Translations under genes and position numbers: made by a program | DNA from: Octopus sinensis | Lineage: Eukaryota | Reading direction: 5' to 3' | Assembly (NCBI RefSeq): GCF_006345805.1 | Contig: NW_021825149.1 | Span: 1-16,576 of the forward strand | Length of the DNA stretch: 16,576 bases | Shown here: one piece after another, positions 1 to 9,407 of the stretch | Position numbering within the stretch: position 1 is the first letter of the stretch | How the letters are laid out: each line of letters begins with the position of its first letter | The notes under the pieces: model-generated | What the model was told of the DNA's origin: nothing | The model's input: only the letters and a program-made list of their open reading frames with translations | Databases searched by the model: none

Positions 1-62
1 AGCAGGTACCTTCTCCTTTGGACTAATAATATGTATGTGTGCGTGTGCGCGCGCGTGCATCT

Positions 63-130
63 GTCTATCTGTATGTATGTATGTATGTATGTATGTATGT
101 ATGTATGTATGTATGTATGTATGTATGTAT
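63..130. repeat. (TATG)n microsatellite
   Basis: Direct tandem repeat; it generates the spurious MYVC ORF. Confidence 0.95.
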
Positions 131-255
131 GCCAGTCAGTCATTATTCAGTTATATTTCAAGATTTATTGCCAACAGAGAAAGAACCGGTTTCTAACCTA
201 GATTCAAGGTTCCTTTACTGGAATTTCAACATCAATAACAGGGTATTTTTGTATG

Positions 256-286
<31 letters not shown>

Positions 287-616
287 AGATGTGTATGTTT
301 TGTTTTATGTACGCATTCTCACACATATACTTGCTTATCTAGACATACTTATATATACTCAAGTGATAAACTTCTGGAAAGTTTTACAGATTTTTACAGT
401 TCCAGTGATTGATTGAATCTGTAGTCTTCGAATAAGTTTTCTTCTTACTGGTTTTGAGAAGCCTAAGTTCTCAAGACTGGTATTTAGGCAGTGTGTTACA
501 TATCCCAGTGACCCCAATAATTACAGGTATAAACCTGAATAAAGTAACTGCAAATTTCTCAATAGTTCAGCGCAGGTATTCTCTTTGCCACTATCTTCAG
601 CTTTATGTTAACATCA
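131..616 (-). mobile_element. 3' end of an R4/Dong-like non-LTR retrotransposon (C-terminus of the restriction-like endonuclease region plus 3' UTR), frameshifted
   Basis: Manual minus-strand translation across frameshifts gives DVNIKLKI..KENTCAELLRNLQLLY / FRFIPVIIG / SLGYVTHCLNTSLENLGFSKPVRRKLIRRLQIQSITGTVKICKTFQKFIT*, with TGA at 359-361. This matches the RLE-clade C-terminal pattern K..Y..L...L..LY....IPhIhG.LG....L..LG....LQ...h.GT.KI. The 3' UTR is about 131-358. Confidence 0.75.
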
Positions 617-617
617 A

Positions 618-745
618 ATGTATGTATGTATGTATGTATGTATGTATGTATGTATGTATGTATGTATGTATGTATGTATGTATGTATGTTTGTATGTATG
701 TATGTATGTATGTATGTGTGTATGTATGTATGAATGTATGTGTGT
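618..745. repeat. (TATG)n microsatellite
   Basis: Direct tandem repeat. Confidence 0.95.
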
Positions 746-1073
746 ATACTCTTTTACTCTTTTACTTGTTTCAGTCATGTGACTGTGGCCATGCTGGAGC
801 ACCGCCTTTAGTCAAGCGAATTTACCCCAGGACTTACTCTTTGTAAGCCTAGTACTTATTCTAAGTTACCGGGACGTAAACACACCAGCATCGGTTGTCA
901 AATGATGTTGAGGGGGGGGGGAGACAAACACAGGCACACAAACATATACACACACATACATATACATATATACATATATACGACGGGCTTCTTTCCCTTT
1001 CCGTCTACCAGATGCACTCACAGAGTTTGGTCGACCCGAGGCTATAGTAGAAGGCTCTTGCCCAAGGTGCCAC
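746..1073 (-). mobile_element. SINE body and tail (tRNA-derived octopus-type SINE; tRNA head missing)
   Basis: Minus strand reads GTGGCACCTTGGGCAAG (CORE/MIR-like motif) through GGTGCTCCAGCATGGCCACAGTCACATGACTGAAACAAGTAAAAGAGTAAAAGAG (tail). The same tail recurs on the plus strand at about 2805-2832. Family recognised from memory. Confidence 0.7.
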
Positions 1074-1090
1074 TTACCTCATATAAGTAC

Positions 1091-1172
1091 ATGTATATAA
1101 TATATTATATATATATATATATTATATATATATATATATATACACGTGTGTGTGTATGTAATATATATACAC

Positions 1173-1203
<31 letters not shown>

Positions 1204-1233
1204 TGTATGTATGTATGTATGTATGTATGTATG

Positions 1234-1266
<33 letters not shown>

Positions 1267-1295
1267 GTCTATCTATTATATATATATATATATAT
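1091..1295. repeat. compound (TA)n/(TATG)n/(ATCT)n microsatellite
   Basis: Direct tandem repeats. Confidence 0.9.
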
Positions 1296-1699
1296 CGATC
1301 GGACTGTGTCATATATTTAGAATCCATTCAGTGTGTATTCCCAAATTCCTGCCTCGAAGAACATATCATATTACAATTTTCGACGAATAGTTGACCCTAT
1401 GAGGTCAATGAGACATAGATACCTCCTCCACTTACTCACCCACACATCGTTCCTTGGCTATTTTCGCAGATATCTTCAATGGTCTGCTTTGAATCTTGCC
1501 AAAATCTTCATCTAATATTTCCGGTGCCATTTCTCAATATTCTCTGCGATTCTTGCATCGTATTATTAACATCACGTGTCCTTTATCTACTTTTGTCTCT
1601 TTCTCTTCTTCTGTTTCATTCGTTTTATCTCATATGAATAATTTTTTTCTTTCTCATTTTCCTACATGATTTTCTGTGTGTGTATGTGAGCTTGTATGT

Positions 1700-1731
1700 A
1701 TGTGTGTGCCTGTGTGTGTGTATATATATAT

Positions 1732-1763
<32 letters not shown>

Positions 1764-1787
1764 TATATGAATATACGTGAATATATG

Positions 1788-1821
<34 letters not shown>

Positions 1822-1852
1822 ATACGTGAATATATGTATATATATATGTATG

Positions 1853-1911
<59 letters not shown>

Positions 1912-1950
1912 TTGTATATATATAATGTATATGTATATGTATTGTATATA

Positions 1951-1996
<46 letters not shown>
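1700..1996. repeat. (TG)n/(TA)n microsatellite
   Basis: Direct tandem repeats. Confidence 0.9.
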
Positions 1997-1999
<3 letters not shown>

Positions 2000-2303
2000 T
2001 AGTGAGCATTTACAAAAAGACGAAGATGGGTGTGTAAACACAGATGTGTCTATGGAAAAGAGAGGAAAGAAAGAAGGAAAAGAGGAAGAAGAAAAAATTG
2101 TGTTGACATCTATACCGCTGTTCCGTTCTTTCAATCCAATGTTTGGTTCACGTGCTGGCGTGGGTTGAAGAATCTGGATGTAACATTGTTTCTATTTATG
2201 TATATGCAAATATGTACAGTACTGTGTGTGTGAGTGTGTGTTTAATACAATTTACTTTACAAAATTGGTCCTTCATCAAGTACAATTCATTACAAAAATA
2301 TTT

Positions 2304-2705
2304 TCAGCCATTCAGTTTGGGGGAGAACTTTGCTATGAAGTATTTTCCCATATTTTTCCTGAAGAAGGTGTCATTCGTTGGGCATTTATAGAAAGGAAAG
2401 ATCTTAAATTTTCCTTCTCCACATGTATCTAAGTGTTTACTCAGTGGAATCTTTCGCAGTTACTCTTGTCGGACATGTCGGTGAATTCTGGCTCGTTGGC
2501 ATAAAGAATTTCCAGTTTCGCCTATATATTTCTCCTTGCATGTGGGGCCGGTTATGCAGTGTATTATGTTCTGCGTCTTGCAATTCATGTCTGCATTTAC
2601 TTTGACTGTGTGACCACTTTTAAATTTTATTTGTTTGTTTCCCTCTATATATTTGTAGATGGGGGTTACTGCAGATCCCACATCTACCATCTCCACACTC
2701 TTTTA
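2304..2705 (-). pseudogene. Penelope-like element GIY-YIG endonuclease C-terminal remnant (one in-frame stop)
   Basis: ORF 2460-2696 reads ..MNCKTQNIIHCITGPTCKEKYIGETGNSLCQRARIHRH.. and continues in frame past TAA (2460-2462) as LRKIPLSKHLDTCGEGKFKIFPFYKCPTNDTFFRKNMGKYFIAKFSPKLNG* (TGA 2304-2306). It has the Penelope GIY-YIG signature C...NhhYxIxCxxC...YIGET...L..R...H...H...FI..F.P.LN. About 2000-2303 is probably its 3' UTR/pseudo-LTR. Confidence 0.88.
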
Positions 2706-2794
2706 CAAAGAATTCGCTCTTGTTTAGTTGTTGAAACAACTAACAAGAAACTTCAGTTTATTTGTTTGACTAAAGGCGCTACTCTAGTATGGTC

Positions 2795-2832
2795 TCAGTG
2801 AAATAACTGAAACAAGTAAAAGAATAAAAGAA
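2795..2832 (+). mobile_element. short 3' tail fragment of the same SINE family as 746-1073
   Basis: ACTGAAACAAGTAAAAGAATAAAAGA matches the reverse complement of about 749-776. Confidence 0.55.
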
Positions 2833-2870
2833 TATATATATGTGTATATCTTCTTTTGTTTATATATATA

Positions 2871-2911
<41 letters not shown>

Positions 2912-3051
2912 ATATCAAAATAAGCAACAAGGATACCCAGAGCTAATGCAGTACTGCATATTTTGATCTTAACCAACTTATTTTGAAATTGTATGGATTA
3001 TACCGTACTAAATTCTGGTGCCTCGACTTAAGCACCATATTCATCTGAGTT

Positions 3052-3075
3052 TTCTCTCTCTCTCTCTGTCTCTCT

Positions 3076-3162
<87 letters not shown>
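3052..3162. repeat. (CT)n(AT)n(GT)n compound microsatellite
   Basis: Direct tandem repeats. Confidence 0.9.
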
Positions 3163-3166
<4 letters not shown>

Positions 3167-3462
3167 CGCAATGGCCCAGTGGTTAGTGCAGCGGACTCGC
3201 GGTCGTAGGATCGTGGTTTCGATTCCCAGACCGGCCGTTGTGAGTGTTTAATGAGCGAAAACACCTAAAGCTCCACGAGGCTCCGGCAGGGGGTGGTAGC
3301 GATCTTTGCTGTACTCTTTCGCCACAACTTTCTCTCACTCTTTATTCTGTTGGCCTGCTCGCTTAGCCAGCGGGGTGGCGTCATTTGAAGGCTAAAACAA
3401 TGCGAAATGCATTGTGACCAGCGACGTGTAGCAACATCTAATAGCCTGGTCGGTCATGTGAT

Positions 3463-3470
<8 letters not shown>
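3163..3470 (+). mobile_element. full-length tRNA-derived SINE (copy 1)
   Basis: A-box TGGCCCAGTGG at 3172-3182, B-box-like GTTTCGATTCC at 3216-3226, about 305 bp, tail ..GTGATCACGTGAT running into (AT)n. A homologous inverted copy lies at 3501-3800. Confidence 0.88.
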
Positions 3471-3500
<30 letters not shown>

Positions 3501-3508
<8 letters not shown>

Positions 3509-3800
3509 ATCACGTGACCGACCAGACCATCGGATGTTGTTACACATCGCTGGTCACAATGCGTTTTTTTAGCCTTTGAATGACGCCACCTCGCTGGCTA
3601 AGCGAGCAGGCCAACAGAAGAAGGAGTGGGAGAAAGAGTGGTGAAAGAGTACAGCAGGGATCACCACCCCCTGCCGGAGCGTCGTGGAGGTTTTTAGGTG
3701 TTTTCGCTCAATAAACACTCACAACGCCTGGTCTGCGAATCGAAACCGCGATCATACGACCGCGAGTCCGCTGCCCTAACCACTGGGCCATTGCGCCTCC
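3501..3800 (-). mobile_element. full-length tRNA-derived SINE (copy 2, inverted)
   Basis: Its reverse complement aligns along the whole length with 3163-3470 (GGAGGCGCAATGGCCCAGTGGTTAG...CACGTGATCACGTGAT), with scattered substitutions and indels. Confidence 0.88.
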
Positions 3801-4089
3801 ACACATATATATATATATACGTGAAACAAAGCTAATGGTGAGGGATTTTAAATCCTAGCAAAATATTTCATAAGCACTCTGCTGTTATGCTAGGCCAGCA
3901 CTATTGTTTAGATCAGTGAGGAATTCCAAGTATTCTTATGGCAGAGTTCAAGGTTATGGCTCATCACAATTCTATATTGTAAATTTGTGGTTGGGCTCCA
4001 GATAAACTGGTTTTTACACAGTGTGATATATAAGACAAGGTCTAAATATATTATGTAATGACCATTTTTTATACCTCGTTATATATATA

Positions 4090-4240
4090 CATTTATGAGT
4101 TACTAATAGTTTCATGCGATGAGGACAACTCAGACAGCATTTTGTAACGTGTCTGGTACCATCATGCAATCGTCAGACGTATTATAAAATGTCTGAGTTG
4201 TTTTCCTCGCATGAAAACATTATTAGCTCATAGAAATACA
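4090..4240. mobile_element. imperfect ~150-bp palindrome, MITE/foldback-like
   Basis: Left arm ATGAG..TAAT.GTTTCATGCGATGAGGACAACTCAGACA..ATTTTGTAA..GTCTG pairs with right arm CAGAC..TTATAAAAT.GTCTGAGTTGTTTTCCTCGCATGAAAAC.ATTA..CTCAT. Confidence 0.6.
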
Positions 4241-4640
4241 TAATAAGTTTATTACAGAATATATATATCATTATTAAGTAATAATGAAAATTTAAATATA
4301 AATTAATACACATAAGTAATCATCTTTGATAGAATACTGAACAATCGAGCTTACAGAACTCTTAATCTTGTATCTTTTCGATTCTAGTTAAGCGCGTTAC
4401 TGATTATGCCACGAAGCAGTTCTTTTCTCTCTTTGTAAAAAAGAAAAGAAAAAGAAAATGCAAAAACGGGGGTATATAAACTAATTGACCTACCTCAACA
4501 TATATCACATAAAGATTACAGATAATTAGTCACTTAATCACCAGTCGGTAGTCTGTTTGCAGCTGCCTCACACAGAAATATATCACTCTTAAATTGAACA
4601 TTTATAAGACAAATTAATTCGAAGATTAATTATAAACTAC

Positions 4641-4709
4641 GTAGCAGTAGTAGTACCGGTAGTAGTAGTAGCAGCAGCAGCAGTAGTTGTAGTAGTAGCA
4701 GCAGCAGCA
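4641..4709. repeat. (GTA)n/(GCA)n trinucleotide repeat
   Basis: Direct tandem repeat. Confidence 0.85.
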
Positions 4710-4843
4710 TGGAAGCGTGCGCTGTAACAACGCCTTACTACATCCACCATTTGTTGGCGATTTCTTACTCCTCAGGAAAACTGATCTGTCATGCGTATGC
4801 CACCGATAAAGCTTTCTCCTAACTAATTTTAAAGCGAAATCAA

Positions 4844-4844
<1 letters not shown>

Positions 4845-4908
<64 letters not shown>

Positions 4909-4915
4909 CTATCTA

Positions 4916-4978
<63 letters not shown>

Positions 4979-5000
4979 CTATCTGTCTATCTGTCTGTTG

Positions 5001-5064
<64 letters not shown>

Positions 5065-5065
5065 C

Positions 5066-5113
<48 letters not shown>

Positions 5114-5168
5114 ATCTATCTATCTATCTGTCTGTCTGTCTATCTATCTATCAATATCTATCTATCTA

Positions 5169-5217
<49 letters not shown>

Positions 5218-5460
5218 GTCGTTCTTTCTGTCTATCTATTCATCCATTTATCTATCTATCAGTATATATGTATATGCATATAGAACACTTCCCCATATTT
5301 CCCTCTCTGTGTGTATATAATGCATGCATCCATCCATCCAATAACCTATCCCTCTGTCCATTCATCCATCCATCTATCCAGGCGTCCCATCCATCCATCC
5401 ATCCATCCATCCATCCATCCATATATACATACATACATACATACATACATACATACATCT
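4845..5460. repeat. long compound (ATCT)n/(GTCT)n/(ATCC)n/(ATAC)n microsatellite array
   Basis: Direct tandem repeats; source of the spurious SIYL/HPSI ORFs. Confidence 0.95.
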
Positions 5461-7050
5461 ATGTGCGCACGTTTAATTGAGAATATTACAAGAACTGCTC
5501 AAAAACCTTGACTTTCATACTAAATCGCTAATATTTCGTGGAAACGAAACTTTAGTTCCTTGAGTAATTCCTGTAGTATTTCTCAGCTCATAAAATTGAT
5601 ACACACCCTGATTGTCGTACTGAATTCTCTCACTTCCGTTTGAAACTTAAACGTTCTCTCTATCTCTCTCACACATGCCTGCCAACCTACACCCCCACAT
5701 ACATACACACTCTATAAATACAACTAAGAAATAGTTGAAATAAGAAAAAATGAGTATAACAAAAATGGTGACGGTGATGTTCTATTTGTTTGTAAATCGT
5801 TTATAAAGTGTTTAGGTGTTTTTGCAGTATCAAATTCACATTGACATTAGTATAAGGTCATACATCACCATTGATAGACCGATGTATTTTTATCCACTTT
5901 GACGTCTGCTCGTTTTGTTGCCGAGCATAGAAAACGAAAAGCAGAGATAGAGATTTAAGAGATAAATAGATAGATTCACCAGAGAGTGGGAGACTGGAGA
6001 AAAAGAATTATTGCGTTTCTTTCATTCAAAATTTTCCATGTATCATCAATCTGTAAAGAGAGAGGGAGAAAAAGTTCCACACCCCACTACACGCAGCGCT
6101 TATAAGCTATCAATGAATCCAAAAAAGCGTAATCCTGGGTGACATCTCACCTACCTTATCTGTTGCGCAATCATGACATTTGCTCAATAGCTATTTTCCT
6201 CAGAGCATCCTGTTTGCTTTCTACTTGAAGAACAGCATCCTAATTCAATAAGTTTCATTTCATTAGATGCCAACAATGGTGGTTAGCTCGCAAATCACGC
6301 CAGTTAACAATTTTGAAACGGAATAAATCCATGAACAACATTTTGTTATATAACTCAATTTAAACATTCCTTAAGGACAATGACCACCGTATTTATCTCA
6401 GAAGATGTTATTTTTTTTATGCTTTTGACAAAAATAAATAACATAAAGCTGAATGTTTTATTAATCTTGTGGAACATATGAAGCAGACGACAGTGAAGAA
6501 GTCGGATAAACTGATTCATAGGATTGTTATCATCGGCGTGATTCATTTTGTAACATTTGACTTGTGTGAAATAGTTCTGTGAATGTGTGATAAATAACAT
6601 TAGTTTGTTAAACAAGCGACCAAACTCTAAAGCTACGATAATTACCTTTCTACACAGTCTTCTATAGTAGGCTTTGGATCTATGAGTCATAGAGAATAAC
6701 TGTTTGTTGCAATGGCTGCTGTGTAACGGCAACCAATACAGGAATGGCTGAACTCTAAAGAGACTGACCATATAAAGGAATGAGTTATCTATGTAAAGAC
6801 CGATCTACTGATAGATAAACCCGAAGAATGGATAAATCATGATCGATTCACAATCTGGTATGGGTGAGTTCGAGAAACGAACGAGTTATGGAATGGTTCA
6901 ACTGCAGATAGAATCCGGTCTGAAATCGCGATATCTTATTAAAGGGTGGAATATCCAAAATATGTGTAGGTGAGCGTGTACACGAATGCGTGTTTGTGTT
7001 TGTCTGCGCATATGTGTATATATGTGTGTGTGTTACAGTAATACATATAT

Positions 7051-7314
7051 CAGCTAAGTGGCGATGATGCAGACAGAACCTTTTCAAAGCAACTGTTGGA
7101 CGTCGGTAATGGCACTTCGATTGACAAGAAGTATAGTCGCGTAAGCTTGCCTTTTAAACATATGGTATATGATTTAAAGGAATTAATGAACAAGGTGTTT
7201 CCTAAGCTGAGGAACCAGTTTACATACCACAACTGGCTGAAAACCCGTAGCATTTTAGCTCCAAAGGATGTGGGAGTTGACGATTTGAACTTTAAACTTC
7301 TGGAACAGTTGCCA
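7051..7314 (+). pseudogene. Helitron RepHel PIF1-like helicase fragment
   Basis: QLSGDDADRTFSKQLLDVGNG...LKELMNKVFPKL....HNWLKTRSILAPKDVGVDDLNFKLLEQLP matches the Helitron helicase pattern F...LL.IG.G...L...VFP....WL..RAILAPKN..V..IN..hL..LP. Confidence 0.85.
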
Positions 7315-7741
7315 TTACGCTGTACACAACATCAATGAACGTACAAAAGCCCTTTTCAGAGTTATTTTACTTTGAATTGTTATTATCTCATATCTGATTA
7401 GCCTGTTATTATGTAACATGCCTTACGATTTTAGTATACATACCTTATTGGTTTTCCCTCCTAAGTTCTATATACTCTCGGAACGCATTAAAGCCCTTTT
7501 CGGGGGCTACTTTATTTGAAATCTTACTATCGGGCAACTAATTTCATGTTATTACATAACTGACTCACAATTTGGGCATTCATAACTTATTGGGAATTCC
7601 TGAAAACAAGATCTTGTGTAAGACAGTTTGGTATTCTCTGTAAATGCACAAAGACCGTTTTAAGGGCTTGATACTTTGTATTGTTGTTACTGGATTAGCG
7701 AAACGATTATGAGAACGGAACCAAGGGATAAGACCCGCTTT

Positions 7742-7768
7742 TCCGGGAATTACCGGGGACCTCAGGTA

Positions 7769-7770
<2 letters not shown>
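7742..7770 (+). mobile_element. probable Helitron 3' terminus (GC hairpin plus CTRR-like end)
   Basis: Hairpin TCCGG-GAATTA-CCGGG (7742-7757), then 8 nt, then GTAG (7766-7769; canonical CTAG with one change) and T, followed by (AT)n. It is downstream of and co-oriented with the helicase fragment. The 5' end was not identified. Confidence 0.55.
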
Positions 7771-7808
<38 letters not shown>

Positions 7809-8520
7809 ACACAAATAGATTTAAGGTTTGCTGCATCTGTTTCAGTATCATTCCTTTTTATTGATGAATAGTTCGGTTACTACGATTATATCATGAAAAA
7901 TAAAAGTGATTTTAAACGTAGGTAGGAAAAGAAATTACAAATCGACTCGCCTTGCCAGGCATCGTCAAAGCGAGTGGGCACATATGAAGCTCTGTTGAAA
8001 TTTAACAGGCTGTAATGGATACGCTCAGGGTAGATGCAATAAACATTTCATAGAGCACTTTATCATAGCTTATTAATATCTTCAAAGGGGATTAGGGATA
8101 TAAAGGGATGAGAGGAAGACAGAGAGTAAAAAAAAAGGGAAGACGGACTATGTTGGAAATAGGGATGAACTGTCCTTGGAGATTCAGCATAGAGAAGCGA
8201 ATGTTCCAGGTGGTTACAAAAGTCCTTTGACCGTTCATGTGATTGTCACAATTAGTGCATACATGAGCAAACACACCCACGTACATTTATACGAGTTTAT
8301 TTATACAGCGTATTATCCTATATACTCACATACACATAAATATACATAACCAAATGTGCATAGATGCATACACACATATCTGTGTATATATAGCTTTTTA
8401 TATATATACAGAGAAAAAACACTCCCACATACTCTCCTATTTTTCTCATAGTCATCTAATACAGTTGTACCTCGATTCATTCGTGATCAGAGTTGTTCGA
8501 AAAACGACGTACTACCGTAG

Positions 8521-8558
8521 TATATATATACATTATATATATATATATATGTATAGAT

Positions 8559-8615
<57 letters not shown>

Positions 8616-8662
8616 TACACATATATACATACATATATATAATACATATATATATATATATA
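8521..8662. repeat. (TA)n microsatellite
   Basis: Direct tandem repeat. Confidence 0.9.
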
Positions 8663-8728
8663 CGTTTAAATATTTGTTGTGCAAGATTTTTTATGTGAAG
8701 TCGTGTGTTGAAACAGATATTGTTATAT

Positions 8729-8924
8729 TTCGGAATGGTCATATTGCCAGTTTAGCCAATAAAAACAAAGGACCACTGATGCGGTCACAGGAGTGTGACG
8801 AAAGAACTTTGGCCGAAATAAGATTAAGATTAATGTAAAAAATAAATATCACTGAAGCAAAATAACACCAAATATATAGTGCGTGTGTTTTTATTGGCTA
8901 AACTGGCAATATGACCATTCCGAA
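8729..8924 (+). mobile_element. small non-coding element with perfect 39-bp inverted repeats (8729-8767 / 8886-8924) enclosing a degenerate hammerhead motif
   Basis: TTCGGAATGGTCATATTGCCAGTTTAGCCAATAAAAACA and its exact reverse complement; the element is embedded in TA arrays. Confidence 0.7.
8770..8814 (+). ncRNA. degenerate type I hammerhead ribozyme-like motif
   Basis: GGaCCA CUGAUGC g GUCAC-aggagu-GUGAC GAAA G-aa-C U U UGGCC. Stems I-III are present, but core A9 is C. Confidence 0.45.
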
Positions 8925-8979
8925 TATATATATACATATATATATATATATATGTATATACATGTATATATATATATAT

Positions 8980-9011
<32 letters not shown>

Positions 9012-9053
9012 ATATATACATATATAGTTGTATTATATAATGTATATACATGG

Positions 9054-9097
<44 letters not shown>

Positions 9098-9107
9098 TAT
9101 ATATATG

Positions 9108-9138
<31 letters not shown>

Positions 9139-9163
9139 GTATAATATAAGGTGTGTGTGTGTA
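8925..9163. repeat. (TA)n/(TG)n microsatellite
   Basis: Direct tandem repeat. Confidence 0.9.
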
Positions 9164-9407
9164 TAAAGGGTGGCCTATTCGCAATTTTACAACCGAAAGG
9201 CAGAATAATATACGTCACAAAAGTGACTAAGGGATTTAGTGAGCACCAGTATTGCTAGAAATAATAGTCAAAACAACTCATAGCCACTAAAAAGTATCTT
9301 AGTGGCTGACAAGGGAAGCAATCTCCCTCAGCATCCGGTTATAATCAGATCACTGGTGATTTCACCTTTTTATTAAACGCAGTTTCAGCCATTATGTATA
9401 TGGACCT

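Noticed and set aside
1392-1407. TGACCC-TATG-AGGTCA everted nuclear-receptor half-sites
   Set aside because: A single short motif with no conservation or promoter context is plausible by chance.
39-2134. Multiple ORFs with MYVC, YIYI or IHTY repeats
   Set aside because: These are translations of TATG/TA microsatellites, which lack stop codons in some frames.
4709-4822. Short ORF MEACAVTTPYYIHHLL... after the CAG repeat
   Set aside because: It is only 37 codons, with no recognisable homology or splice support.
4969-5511. SIYL/HPSI repeat ORFs
   Set aside because: ATCT/ATCC microsatellite artefacts.
6355-6771. 138-aa minus-strand ORF
   Set aside because: No recognisable domain, and the composition is typical of random AT-rich sequence.
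7207-7250. CTGAGGA-A-CCAGTT...AACTGG-CT-GAAA hammerhead-like string
   Set aside because: Extra bases precede GAAA, there is no proper stem III/UH, and it lies inside Helitron helicase coding sequence.
9282-9335. Hairpins AGCCACTAA/TTAGTGGCT and CTGACAA-GGGA...TCCC
   Set aside because: There is no GAAA core; these are short hairpins without supporting context.
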